From assembly GCF_009914755.1 (NCBI RefSeq), contig NC_060925.1: a DNA stretch of 64,000 bases; one strand, 5' to 3'. This document shows positions 1 through 12,963 of this stretch, one piece after another. Every line of letters begins with the position of its first letter. Position 1 is the stretch's first letter. The notes beneath the pieces were generated by a model. The model worked only from the letters and a program-made list of their open reading frames with translations. It ran no database searches and had not been told where the DNA came from. The position numbers and the translations under genes were made by a program. Source of the DNA: the human T2T-CHM13v2.0 reference genome, Homo sapiens.

Positions 1-19
1 CTGGCAAAAATTGTGTCTT

Positions 20-808
20 CATGAAAAATGCACGTCATCACTGGCCATCAGAGAAATGCAAATCAAGACCACAATGAGATACCATCTCACACCAGTTAGA
101 ATGGCGATCATTAAAAAGTCAGGAAGCAACAGCTGCTGGAGAGGATGTGGAGAAATAGGAACACTTTTACATTGTTGGTGGGAGTGTAAACTAGTTCAAC
201 CATTGTGGAAGACAGTGTGGCAATTCCTCAAGGATCTAGAAATAGAAATACCATTTGACCCATTTGACCCAGCCATCCCATTACTGTGTATATACCCAAA
301 GGATTATAAATCATGCTGCTATAAAGACACATGCACATGTATGTTTATTGCAGCACTATTCACAATAGCAAATACTTGGAACCAACCCAGATGTCCAACA
401 ATGATAGACTGGATTAAGAAAATGTGGCACATATACACCATGGAATACTATGCAGCTATAAAAAAGGATGAGTTCATGTTCTTTGTAGGGACATGGATGA
501 AGCTAGAAACCATCATTCTGAACAAACTATAGTAAGGACAGAAAACTAAACATTGTATGTTCTCACTCATAGGTGGGAATTAATAATGAGAACACTTGGA
601 CACAGGGTGGGGAACATCACACATGGGGGCCTGTTGTGGGGTGGGGGGAGGGGGGAGGGATGGCATTAGGAGACATCCCTAATGTAAATGATGAGTTAAT
701 GGGGCAGCACACCAACATGGCACATGTATACATATAAAACAAACCTGCACATTGTGCACATGTACCCTAGAACTTAAAGTGTAATTTTAAAAATAAATAA
801 ATAAAAAT
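20..808 (+). mobile_element. 5'-truncated LINE-1 (L1PA5/6-like): ORF2 C-terminus, 3'UTR and A-rich tail
   Basis: ORF 11..532 encodes the L1 ORF2 C-terminal CCHC region ([16 protein letters not shown]). G-rich 3'UTR. TSD AAAAATTGTGTCTT (6-19) / AAAAATTACGTCTT (809-822). In-frame 9-bp duplication (PFDPFD). Confidence 0.95.
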
Positions 809-1939
809 AAAAATTACGTCTTATTTGCCATCATGCCCTAGTAACTGTACAACATCTAACACACAGTTAGGTACATAATAAATATGGAAATAAATGAATT
901 TGAATTGATGTCTGATGAGAAACCGGTTTTGAAAACCAATAACTTTACAGAGAATGTTATCAGTATTTTTTTTTCAAAATAAAAACTTCCTTAGTAACAG
1001 GACAAACAATTCAAGGAAGCAGGATTTCGCATCCTTGAATTATACTTCCAAGATTTTGCCAAACAATTTATTTTTTAATCTTTACTTTTGAATGAGTGAT
1101 TTATTGACAAAGTACAAACAAAACAGCAAACACCAATACAGAAGTGAAAGGAGAACTCCCCATGCCTAGGCCTGAATCCTCCGTTTTCCTTTCTAGAGGC
1201 AAGCGCTATTACAGCCAAACAACATTTTTCAATGGTATCAATTCACTACGAAGCATTTTCAAAATTCCATCAATCAACAAACACCATTCCTATAGATAAA
1301 GGCATGCTTTGCTAAGTTTTCTGCAAGTGCTCTTTCTGCCCTTGGATGAGGATGTAGCTCCATGATGATGAATGTCACCTGGAGATCAACATCATTTCCC
1401 ACACTACCCTTGTGAAAGGAGCAAACATCTGTGGAATGTCTGTCTGGCCTTCTCAAAGCAAGCATGAGAGCATGCTTGTGTGTTCCAAGGGTGACATCCA
1501 CTGGTGTACAATTATAACTGCAGGTAGCAGGCCTTCCAAGATCTTCAGATGAGAAATCCTTAACTCGAATGCTAACAGACACAGTGATTCTCAGACATTC
1601 ATCCATTACTCCTGACTTTCTAAACACAGTAGCCAGCCTTACCTATTTCGGATCACAGAAGAGAAGGTTGAATTGTTCTGCATCAGCCATAAAGATGTGC
1701 CTCTGGACAGTCATTCATCCATTTGTCTCACAAGTAATATTGAGAATGAACCAGATACATGCCAGTTACTGAACACCTCACACAGTATTAGGAACAACGA
1801 TGAAAAAAAAGCACAGTCCTACCCTCAAGGGCATTTTCAAATTTGAAAGAGAGGTGAAACATACACAGGTAACTATTGGATATGGCAGGACATGGCAACT
1901 TCTGCACTCACGTGTGCATGAATTTTGCCCTGATTTGTT

Positions 1940-2110
1940 ATTTCATCTAGTCTTCACAACAATTTTTAAATATTGAAAATGTTACCATATTTTCAGCAGA
2001 ATTAACAGGTAGAAAAACCAAGGTTCAGAGAGATTAAGTGGCATGTCTATGGTTACACAGCAATAAATGTCTGATTCCAATTTGGCATGATTCCAAAATC
2101 CAGACTTCCA
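1940..2110 (-). mobile_element. MIR SINE fragment
   Basis: MIR core in reverse orientation (GAAAAACCAAGGTTCAGAGAGATTAAGTGGC...GGTTACACAGC). Confidence 0.7.
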
Positions 2111-2397
2111 GCACCACCCGGTGCAATCCACCAGCTTAGCTCATAGAGCAAAGGCAATTCCAATCTTTTCCAGGGTTTCTAGCCTGCATCTTATGTTTTA
2201 AAAGGGTATCTCTATCACAGATTCAGTAGAGAATTTGTATTCCAATAAAACTACTATCAGAGATAGAGTAAGATTATAAATATATAGGAAATCTTGAAAG
2301 TCAAACTCGGTAGAACATTCACTCTCTATATTCAGATTCTTAAGTTTTCTGCCAGCTCCCCTGAACAGAAGACTTATTATATCAATATAGGTCCTTA

Positions 2398-2500
2398 AGC
2401 TGGGCAACATGGCAAAACCCCATCTCTACAAAAAATACAAAAATTATCCAGACATATAATTAGGTCCTTAGATATACGTGCCACCTCGCCCAGCTAAGAT
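2398..2500. mobile_element. Atypical insertion of two internal Alu (J-like) fragments, one forward and one inverted
   Basis: CTGGGCAACATGGCAAAACCCCATCTCTACAAAAAATACAAAAATTA (+) and CGTGCCACCTCGCCCAGCTAA (-), flanked by a 13-bp direct repeat ATATAGGTCCTTA. Confidence 0.8.
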
Positions 2501-2591
2501 ATATAGGTCCTTAGTTTGTAACTCTTGTGAGTCAAACATTTCTAGAGAAAGAAAATCTGGCTTATACACTTGGACACCAAAACATACCAGT

Positions 2592-3195
2592 TGTATCAAT
2601 CATGATTTGATCAGAGAAGGAAAACCTCTGGGAAGTCACGTATGTAATAGGAGATTATCACAGAGATTTGATCTCACACAATCATGAGAGATGGTCAAAT
2701 AGTTGACTTTCTGCTGTTATTTTCACATTTATTACTGTGCCTGAGGTCAGCAAGGAAGACATCCAGGAAGGAAAGATAGTTGTGAGGTGAGGGAGAGCAA
2801 TGACAAACTGGAACCAAGAGGACAGGCTGGAACCTGTATTGGCCCCTTACGGCCTCCCAGTCTCCAACTTCAATGATGCTAGTAACCTACAGGAGGAGGG
2901 GTGCTCTTTATAATGGGGCTAAACATGCACTTGGCCCGGGAGAAGCAGCAGCTGGGAGTGGTCCAGTGGGAACCGGAGGTGCCCAGCTGCTGTCCATGAC
3001 AATAGCATGAGCCAGCAGACCCTGGACCATGTGTGCGCCCTGCACCAATTATCTCAATGTAAAAATCATATGGCCCTGGCTATTTTTACCTTTCAAACTG
3101 TATGCAAAGTATCTCCTATGACCCACACTAACCTGGAATTATGCAGTGAAAGAAATTCTGGGAAATGTAGCTCCAGCTTAAATACACCAACATGA
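2592..3195 (-). mobile_element. Old ERVL-type solo LTR (subfamily uncertain)
   Basis: TGTATCA... start and the ...AATTCTGGGAAATGTAGCTCCAGCTT motif typical of old ERVL LTRs; recognised from memory only. Confidence 0.5.
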
Positions 3196-4834
3196 GACAA
3201 AGCAAAACACATTATACATGCAGAATTATTTTGCTGGTGTTTTATTTAAATGTGAATTATTTCTTTCTCTAAACCACAGATAAAGCCCATTTTTGCCTAT
3301 TTGGCTAAATTAATATATCAATTATTATCTAATGGCCAGATAATAACAAAGAAAATAGGTTCTTAGTCATGAGACATAATCACATGAACACTTAGTTTTA
3401 CCCAAGGAAGGTATCTTGCAGGGAGAAAATAAATGGAAAATGGACATAAAATCCATATCCATTCTGAGAAAACCCCAAATTCTTCACTAATCTCAACATG
3501 TGCTTGAATTCCTCCTATACCTCTATGCCCTCATACCCAGGAAGCAAGGATCATTTTAGCCAGAGCAGCAGGAGACCAGTGCTGGAAGCCTAGGCTTCTC
3601 TTCATTCAACCATTGACAACATGAGATTCTGTCAGCTCATGACTTGATGAAGCTGGAATCTGAGGTTACACCTTCCAATTATACATTGCATAGCTGTTTA
3701 CTTGGTAACCATGAGGAAGGCTTCCCACTCGCCCCTCTTTGGCATTATTGAAGTAACCACCACAGCCAATGATCCTGGAGGCTTACAGAAGTTCTTCAAG
3801 GACACTCCTCATCAGGATTCAGATAGGACAGGACTCTAACAGCAGTAGAATGAATGCATCTCTGGTCATTACAACACAGCCTTTCACATTCAACCATTTC
3901 CAGACTCTCTTCTGGAGAGTTGGTAGGTTAAATACCAACTCTTAACTGATTAATCAAAAGCAGCTTAATTCTTATTTTAAAAATGTGATTTTAGCATAGA
4001 ATTAAATACTAGCTACAATCTTCCAATCTGAATACTCAATCTAAAATCTGGGTCTACTTTCTATTATATTCAATTCATAATGTCAGTTTTGAGAACAAAT
4101 CACATGACAGATCAAAAATATACTGTCAACCATTTGCAAATATATGACTATTTATGATAATGGGATATCATACTTTTTAGTAATCTATGCTTAAACAGGC
4201 AGGAGACCTATGAGTAGCAAAGGAATAACAATGCTAAATCTCCTCATACACTTTGAACTCTATGTTTGTGAATTATCATGACTTGATTAGGCTGATAGCA
4301 TCCTTGTCTCTGGGTTACTCCAAGTTGAAACACTGAATATTTGACCCTATAAGCTAATTATTATTGCTGTGGAATCTGATCAAAGTATTGAGCTTGTTAT
4401 TTTTAGAATACATAGTAATTTGTGCACAATGTATGAAATTAAATATTTTTTGTTCCACATTGAAAACAATTACTGGTGGAAAGTAAATTATTAAAAATAG
4501 GTCACTGTATTGCATAAGAAGGTTCATATTAATGGGTTACTAAATACCAGAATGCTGATCATAAAAGAACAAGGCATTGCTATATTTGGCCAGGGGAAAT
4601 TTCTGTGCAGTAAGTTCATGCTTATGTGACAAAGAAAGCAGCCTTCCAATTGAAGTCAGAATAATTTTTTTAAAATATATATTGCATGCATAGCACTAAA
4701 GCATCAATCCAAATTCATGTCTAAATGTCTAAAAGGCATTTAGAGTTTGGGGACTCACACAATAATAAAGGCCTGAAATAAATGGCCACCCAATCCCAAA
4801 GATAATCATCTGAGAGAAAGCCCAGTAAAAATGA

Positions 4835-7288
<2,454 letters not shown>

Positions 7289-8510
7289 AAAAATGATATT
7301 GTGGAAGATTCAACATTAAAAAGAGGTAATATACATACGTTATAGGGGTCTTTGTAGATGTATTTAACTGGTAGGTGCCTTATTCAACCTTGAGAGGTTG
7401 AATACAAAATGGTTCACAAATAGCACAGAGCTGAGCACAGTCTTATTCCTTGTATCTACCGGGAAAGATCTGTACCAACAGGACTTTCCTCTGACGTGCT
7501 CAACAGGATACAGCCATGTTCACATTTAGATCACAATTTATATTCTTGAAAGAGGAAGTGATACTCATTGAGTGCCTAGTCTAAGCCAAGTGCCCAGTTT
7601 TATATTTCTCATAACTTTCTTATAATAAGTTCTATTTATCATTATCTCTATTTACTTGTTAGGAAGTTGAAATTCAAAGAGCTGAACTGTCTTAGAGCTG
7701 ATGTATGGAAGAGCTGGCCTGGAACCCACATCTTTCTGACTCTAGACCTACATACTCTCTGCGGGGCACCATTTTGCTCTTAATAGCAACACTGTACCAC
7801 CCACTGGCCTTGACTCTGCCCAGGTGTTCACTTGGCCAGAGCCCTTTGATGCCAGCTGTCTGCTGTGGAACCTAGCTCAAGTCCCCTGGAGACTGTGGAA
7901 TCCCCAGAACTCTGTCACGTTGCCCAGAGCCTTTTATTATTATTATTTTTTAATCCAGGGGGTGGGGGGATTTCATGCCAAGTTTCCCTCATAAACACTC
8001 CTTCTGTTCTCAAAGCTGCTAGAATACCTCACAGAATCTCTTCTATGGTACTTTTAAAAAAATAAAAACAAAAATACAAGGAGCCATGTCACACACTTCC
8101 CCCAGAGATAAGGAAGACTGCAGCTGGCTCCCTCTTCAAAGGGAGCAAAGGAAAGGGAAAAATACTAAGAAAAAAGTCTAGCTTGCCACCAAAGTGTTGA
8201 ATTTTGCAGTTCAACAAGTGCAGTGACCTGCTCAACTTTGCTATTTAGGACAATCACTTTAGCTACAGGATGGAGACTAGGGTGGGTACAAAACAAATAC
8301 AAGGAAGTCAGCCAGCAGGTCCTTGCAGTAATCCAGGTGAGAGCAGATAGATGGCAACTGCTTATAAGGTTATAATGAACAGCAGCACTGGAGGTGGAAA
8401 AACAGCAAGTATACTCAAAAGGTAAAACCTAAAGACATACTTAACATGAATTAAAGTTTTCCAAAGCCGTTCTCCCATACCAGCCATTGAAAAGCAATAT
8501 TCTTGTTCTT

Positions 8511-9100
8511 TGTGAATTTAAAAAAGAATCCAGACTTAGTAAGAAGAGATTTATTCAAGAAGGATTCTTCAAGGGGAAGAGGCTATTGCTAGAAGGGATG
8601 GGGGATTTTTGAATAAGGAGAGAGCTGTTATCACAGATCTGCAAGAGTCTCAAGAATTAGATGAGGGGGTTTTCTTTCACAGGGAGTTGTACACAGACTA
8701 GAAAACAACTGGGTGTGGGGAAGTGGGATAAATGGGGGCATGGTCAGACAGTGGACCAGAGAATGTTTACCTTAAGGCTGACTTATTCTTAGCAGGGGTG
8801 ATATGCTGGGCTGAGTGGGACAATGTTCAGGAAACCGGGAGGAGGAGAGAAAGAATAAACCAAAGTGTGGTTAACAGTCATTTTGATCTCATTGACCAGT
8901 AATGACAAGCAGTTTGGCTAATTATGAGGGAAAGAATGAGGGTTTGGAAAATCTGTGTCTGGCCTTGTCATGGGTAAACAAGGAAAGTGTCCCCGAGTCT
9001 TATCTAGGTCATATGAGGAAGGGTGGTTTCTGCAGTAAGTCTTTTTCCCTAACATGTGGGGTGAGAGGATATTTCCTCATCTTCACTGCTTTTCAGGATC
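8511..9100 (-). mobile_element. ERV1-type (MER4-group-like) solo LTR, subfamily uncertain
   Basis: TG start. Reverse-strand AATAAA (TTTATT at about 8550) near the left end. LTR-like composition. Confidence 0.45.
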
Positions 9101-9399
9101 AGTTAACTTCGTCTTTTCTCAGGCTGGCTGCTAACCCATCAAAGCAGTTAGTTGGGGTCTGAGTACAAGGGTAAATACCCTGGCTCAAGAATTACACATA
9201 GGCTCTTAGGCCTGGGCTCTGAACTGCCAGCATTGGACAGTCCTACGGGTTATGCCATTGCCTTTTCAGATAGCCTCTCTTAAATGCACATATTTTTGGA
9301 AAATGAACAAAAAACTGTTGATAGCTTTAATGGGACACCAGAAAGGAAAAAAAGCTAATGTTTTCACAATATCCACTTTGAGCTAAGCACATTAATTGT

Positions 9400-9885
9400 A
9401 TTCATTTGTTTTTTCATTCATGCAAAAATATTTAATGACCCTCAATCGTGTGCCAGGTGCTCTCCTGCACCATAAGGATTCAGCCACAAAACAAACAACA
9501 GAAAAATCCTACCCTCTTGGATCCATCAGCCTAGTGGGGGAGGTAGTTAAACGAGTACATAATACATACATTGTATAATTTCTTTCCATAATGAAGGCTA
9601 TGAAGAAAACAGAAATTAGGCTAAAGAGATAGTGAAGGGTGAGTGTTCCTTGTTTTGTAAAGCAAAGTCCAAGAAGGCCACTGCAAGGAGAAATTTAACA
9701 GACACCTAAACGGGAGGAAAAGAGGAAGCCATGCAAAGACATAAGGAGGAATATTCCACGCAAAGCAGTGGGCATGTGCAAAGGCCCTGAGGCACCAAGC
9801 AGCTGAGCAATTTGAGGGAGAGAGAGAAGACCAGTATGGCTAGAGCAGAGCCCCATAGGGAAATGGGGAAAGAGAGACAGAATTA
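9400..9885 (-). mobile_element. L2 LINE 3' fragment
   Basis: TTCATTCATGCAAAAATATTT...GTGCCAGGTGCT...ATGTGCAAAGGCCCTGAGG matches the L2 3' end in reverse. Confidence 0.75.
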
Positions 9886-9934
9886 GAACAAAAGCATTTT
9901 TTCTCTTTTTTTCTGTATTTCTGTCATGTCTTTT

Positions 9935-10060
9935 AATCTTCACAATTACCCATTTTTACCTATGGGGAGAAAAACCTGAGATTCAGAAAGGCTTTGTGGA
10001 CTTCTCAGGGTCACACAGCTACTAAGGGCAGAACTGCAATCTGATTGCAGGTCAGTCTAA
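9935..10060 (-). mobile_element. MIR fragment
   Basis: AAAACCTGAGATTCAGAAAGG...GGTCACACAGCT MIR core. Confidence 0.65.
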
Positions 10061-10358
10061 TCATCGCCAACTGGAAAGGACATAAAAAAGGCAGGTAGAG
10101 CACACCAGAGCGATTTCACCAACTTTACCTCCTTGCCTAAGCCTGGCTGGCCCAGTCTTGTAAGTCTCAGGGTAGTCAACGTGCATTGTAATTTGACTAC
10201 AACTTGGGCTATTGAACTCAATTTTTTAGAGTCTAAACCACTTTTAAGATGCAAGCATTGACAGCAGAACTTCTAGCACCATTTGTGCCTCTGCAGGAGT
10301 CAGTTCTGGCTCCCTGGGGCTAGCTTGAAGCACAACAGTAAAAAGGGAATAACCCCTT

Positions 10359-12188
10359 GGGATTAAGATGGCAGATAGGAGGCAGGACTGGCTTGCAGCT
10401 CCCACTGAGACAGACAGAGCAGCGTGGAGACTTACATTATGAACTTTTGTTCCAAGGACTATGCCAGGAACATATCAGAAAATCTGAGAGAATCCACAGA
10501 CCCTTTGAAGAAACTTGATCACCACTGCAGGCTCCCTGAGAGGCTGAAAAACTGAGTCGGCTTGCTTTATCAGTGGGGAGGCTCATGGTCTGGGGCAACT
10601 TCTCAGCCCTGGTCACCAGCGGCCTGGAAATAGAGTCGGTGCTGTTGGTGGGGGCACAGTGGGAGTAACACTGGCCTTTAGGACTGCAGGCTGCATGGGA
10701 GTAGGGTGAGGCCTATGACTGCTGGCTTTCCTTCACTTCCATGGGGACCTGTATGACTCAGCAGAGGCAGCCATAATGCCCCTGGGAACATAATTCCGTC
10801 GGCCTGGGAACCACACTCCCATCCCCGACAGCAGCCCCAGCAAGCCCCACTCAAGGAGAGGCTGAGCCCAGAAATACCCATCCCTGCACCCAACCTGGAG
10901 TTCTTTCTCTACCCGCCTTGGTAGCCAAAGACAAAGGTCATCATCTCTTGGGAGCTCTATGGCCCTGCTCACCACACCTGAGAAATCTGAATACTTAACC
11001 AGGTGACCCTAGGGCAAGTTTGCATTCTCCCTATAGTACCACAGCTGATGAGCTCTTGAAAGCACCACCTCCTGGCTGGAGGCCAACCAACACAAAACCA
11101 GTGCATTAAACAAAAACACAACCAAGGACCCTAAGGGAGTCCAGTTCACTCCTCTGCTACCTCCACCAGAGTAGGTGTTGGTATCCACAGCTGAAAGATC
11201 TGAAGACAGATCACATCAGAGCACTCTTCGCAAATACTCCCTAGTGCCACCCCAGAGCCCAGTAGCCCTGCTGGGAGAGATTTCTCTTCTCAGGAACACC
11301 AATTATTCTTATGTTTGGACGTTTAACAGTCCCAAATTTCTTAGAGGCTTTGTTCATTTTTTAAAATTTTTTGTCTTGAATAGATTGGGTTAATTTGAAA
11401 GCCTTGTCTTCAAGCTCTGAAGTTCTTTCTTCTGCTTGTTCGATTCTTCGATTCTATTGTTGAGACTTTCCAGTGCATTTTGCATTTCTGTAATTGGGTC
11501 CTTGAATTTCCAGAAGTTGTGATTGTTTTTTATTTATGCTATCTATTTCACTGAAGGGGAAAGTTCATAGCATTAAATGCCTACATCGAAAAGTTTGAAA
11601 GAGCACAAATAGAAAATCTAAGGTCACACCTTACAGAATTGGAGAAATAAGGACAATCCAAACCCAAACCCGGCAGAAGAAAAAAAACAAAAGATCAGAC
11701 AGAACTAAATGAAATTGGAACCAAAAAAAAAAAAAGAAAGATAAATGAAACCAAAAGCTAGTTCTTTGAAAAGATAAATAAAATTGATAGACCATTGGCA
11801 AGACTAACCAAGAAAAGAGGAAGAGAAGATCCAAATAAGCTCAATTAGAAATGAAATGGGAGACATTACAACTGATTTCACAGAAACACAAAGATTATTC
11901 AAGGCTACTATGAACATCTTTATGTGCAAAAACTAGAAAACCTAGACGGGATGGATAAATTCCTAGAAATATACAAGCCTCCTAGATTAAACCAGGAAGA
12001 TATAGAAACTCTGAACACACCAATAACAAGCAACAAGATTGAAATGGTAATTTTAAAAAAATTGCTAACCAAAAAAAATGCCTAGGAGTCTAGGACCAGA
12101 CAGATTCACAGCTGAATTCTATCAGACATTCAAAGAAGAATTGATACCAATCCTATTGACACTATTCCAAAAGATAGAGAACGAGGGA
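10359..12188 (+). mobile_element. Rearranged L1PB (L1PBa 5'UTR +, inverted ORF1 piece -, ORF2 piece +)
   Basis: AAGATGGCAGATAGGAGGCAGGACT 5' end. Reverse-strand ORF1 fragment at about 11278-11555. ORF2 post-endonuclease segment from 11556 (...[22 protein letters not shown]). Confidence 0.85.
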
Positions 12189-12204
12189 CCTCTGTCCTGT
12201 AACA

Positions 12205-12929
12205 TCTTTCTGGAGATCACAGAAGCCACTATAGTATGGAAAACCCCAATCCAAAGGCTAACTTTGGGTAAGTGGTGTGGTCCAGTAACATCTTTCTGGT
12301 GAACCCTGAAGGGACAATACTGAAGAAACCCCCCAATCCAAAGGAAATAGACTCCAGCACTGATTGGCCAACTTTGGGTAAGTGGTGAGGTACTCAGGTA
12401 AAGGATGGGATTGGGTTAGAGGCCCAATTTAGGGGAGTCAGAGTCTCTCCTACGACAGGGTGGGTTAAAGGCCCCTTACTAAAAGGCAAGGACGCTTGAC
12501 CGACCTTGGATTAGAGGCCCAACTTAGAAGGGTTAGAGTCCCTTCTAAGATTTAGGGGATTAGAAGCCCCTCTCAGTAAAGTCTCTTTCAGCTAAAAATG
12601 GGTGTGGCACTATGGGATGTTAACTGCTATTCTCCAGGTTTGGCACTATGGGATGTTAACTGCTGTTCTCTTTGGAATAATCTGCCTTGCACTCTTTGCT
12701 GATGGCTACGGGTTACAGGATTAAGCAAGTACAGGATCGTGGGACATGGCGAGCTTTTTCCTCCCCAAAAAGCGAAACTTGAGAGCTAATGAGACTACTG
12801 GAAAAGATCCCTTCGGTACCTACAAGCAGCCGCCTGAACGTTTCAGTGTCACTGCAATGGATGGGTCTTTCTCTGGCCTCCCTGAGCGACTTGCCTTCCC
12901 CACCCTGCCTCAGGCAATGCCTCTCTCTC

Positions 12930-12963
<34 letters not shown>

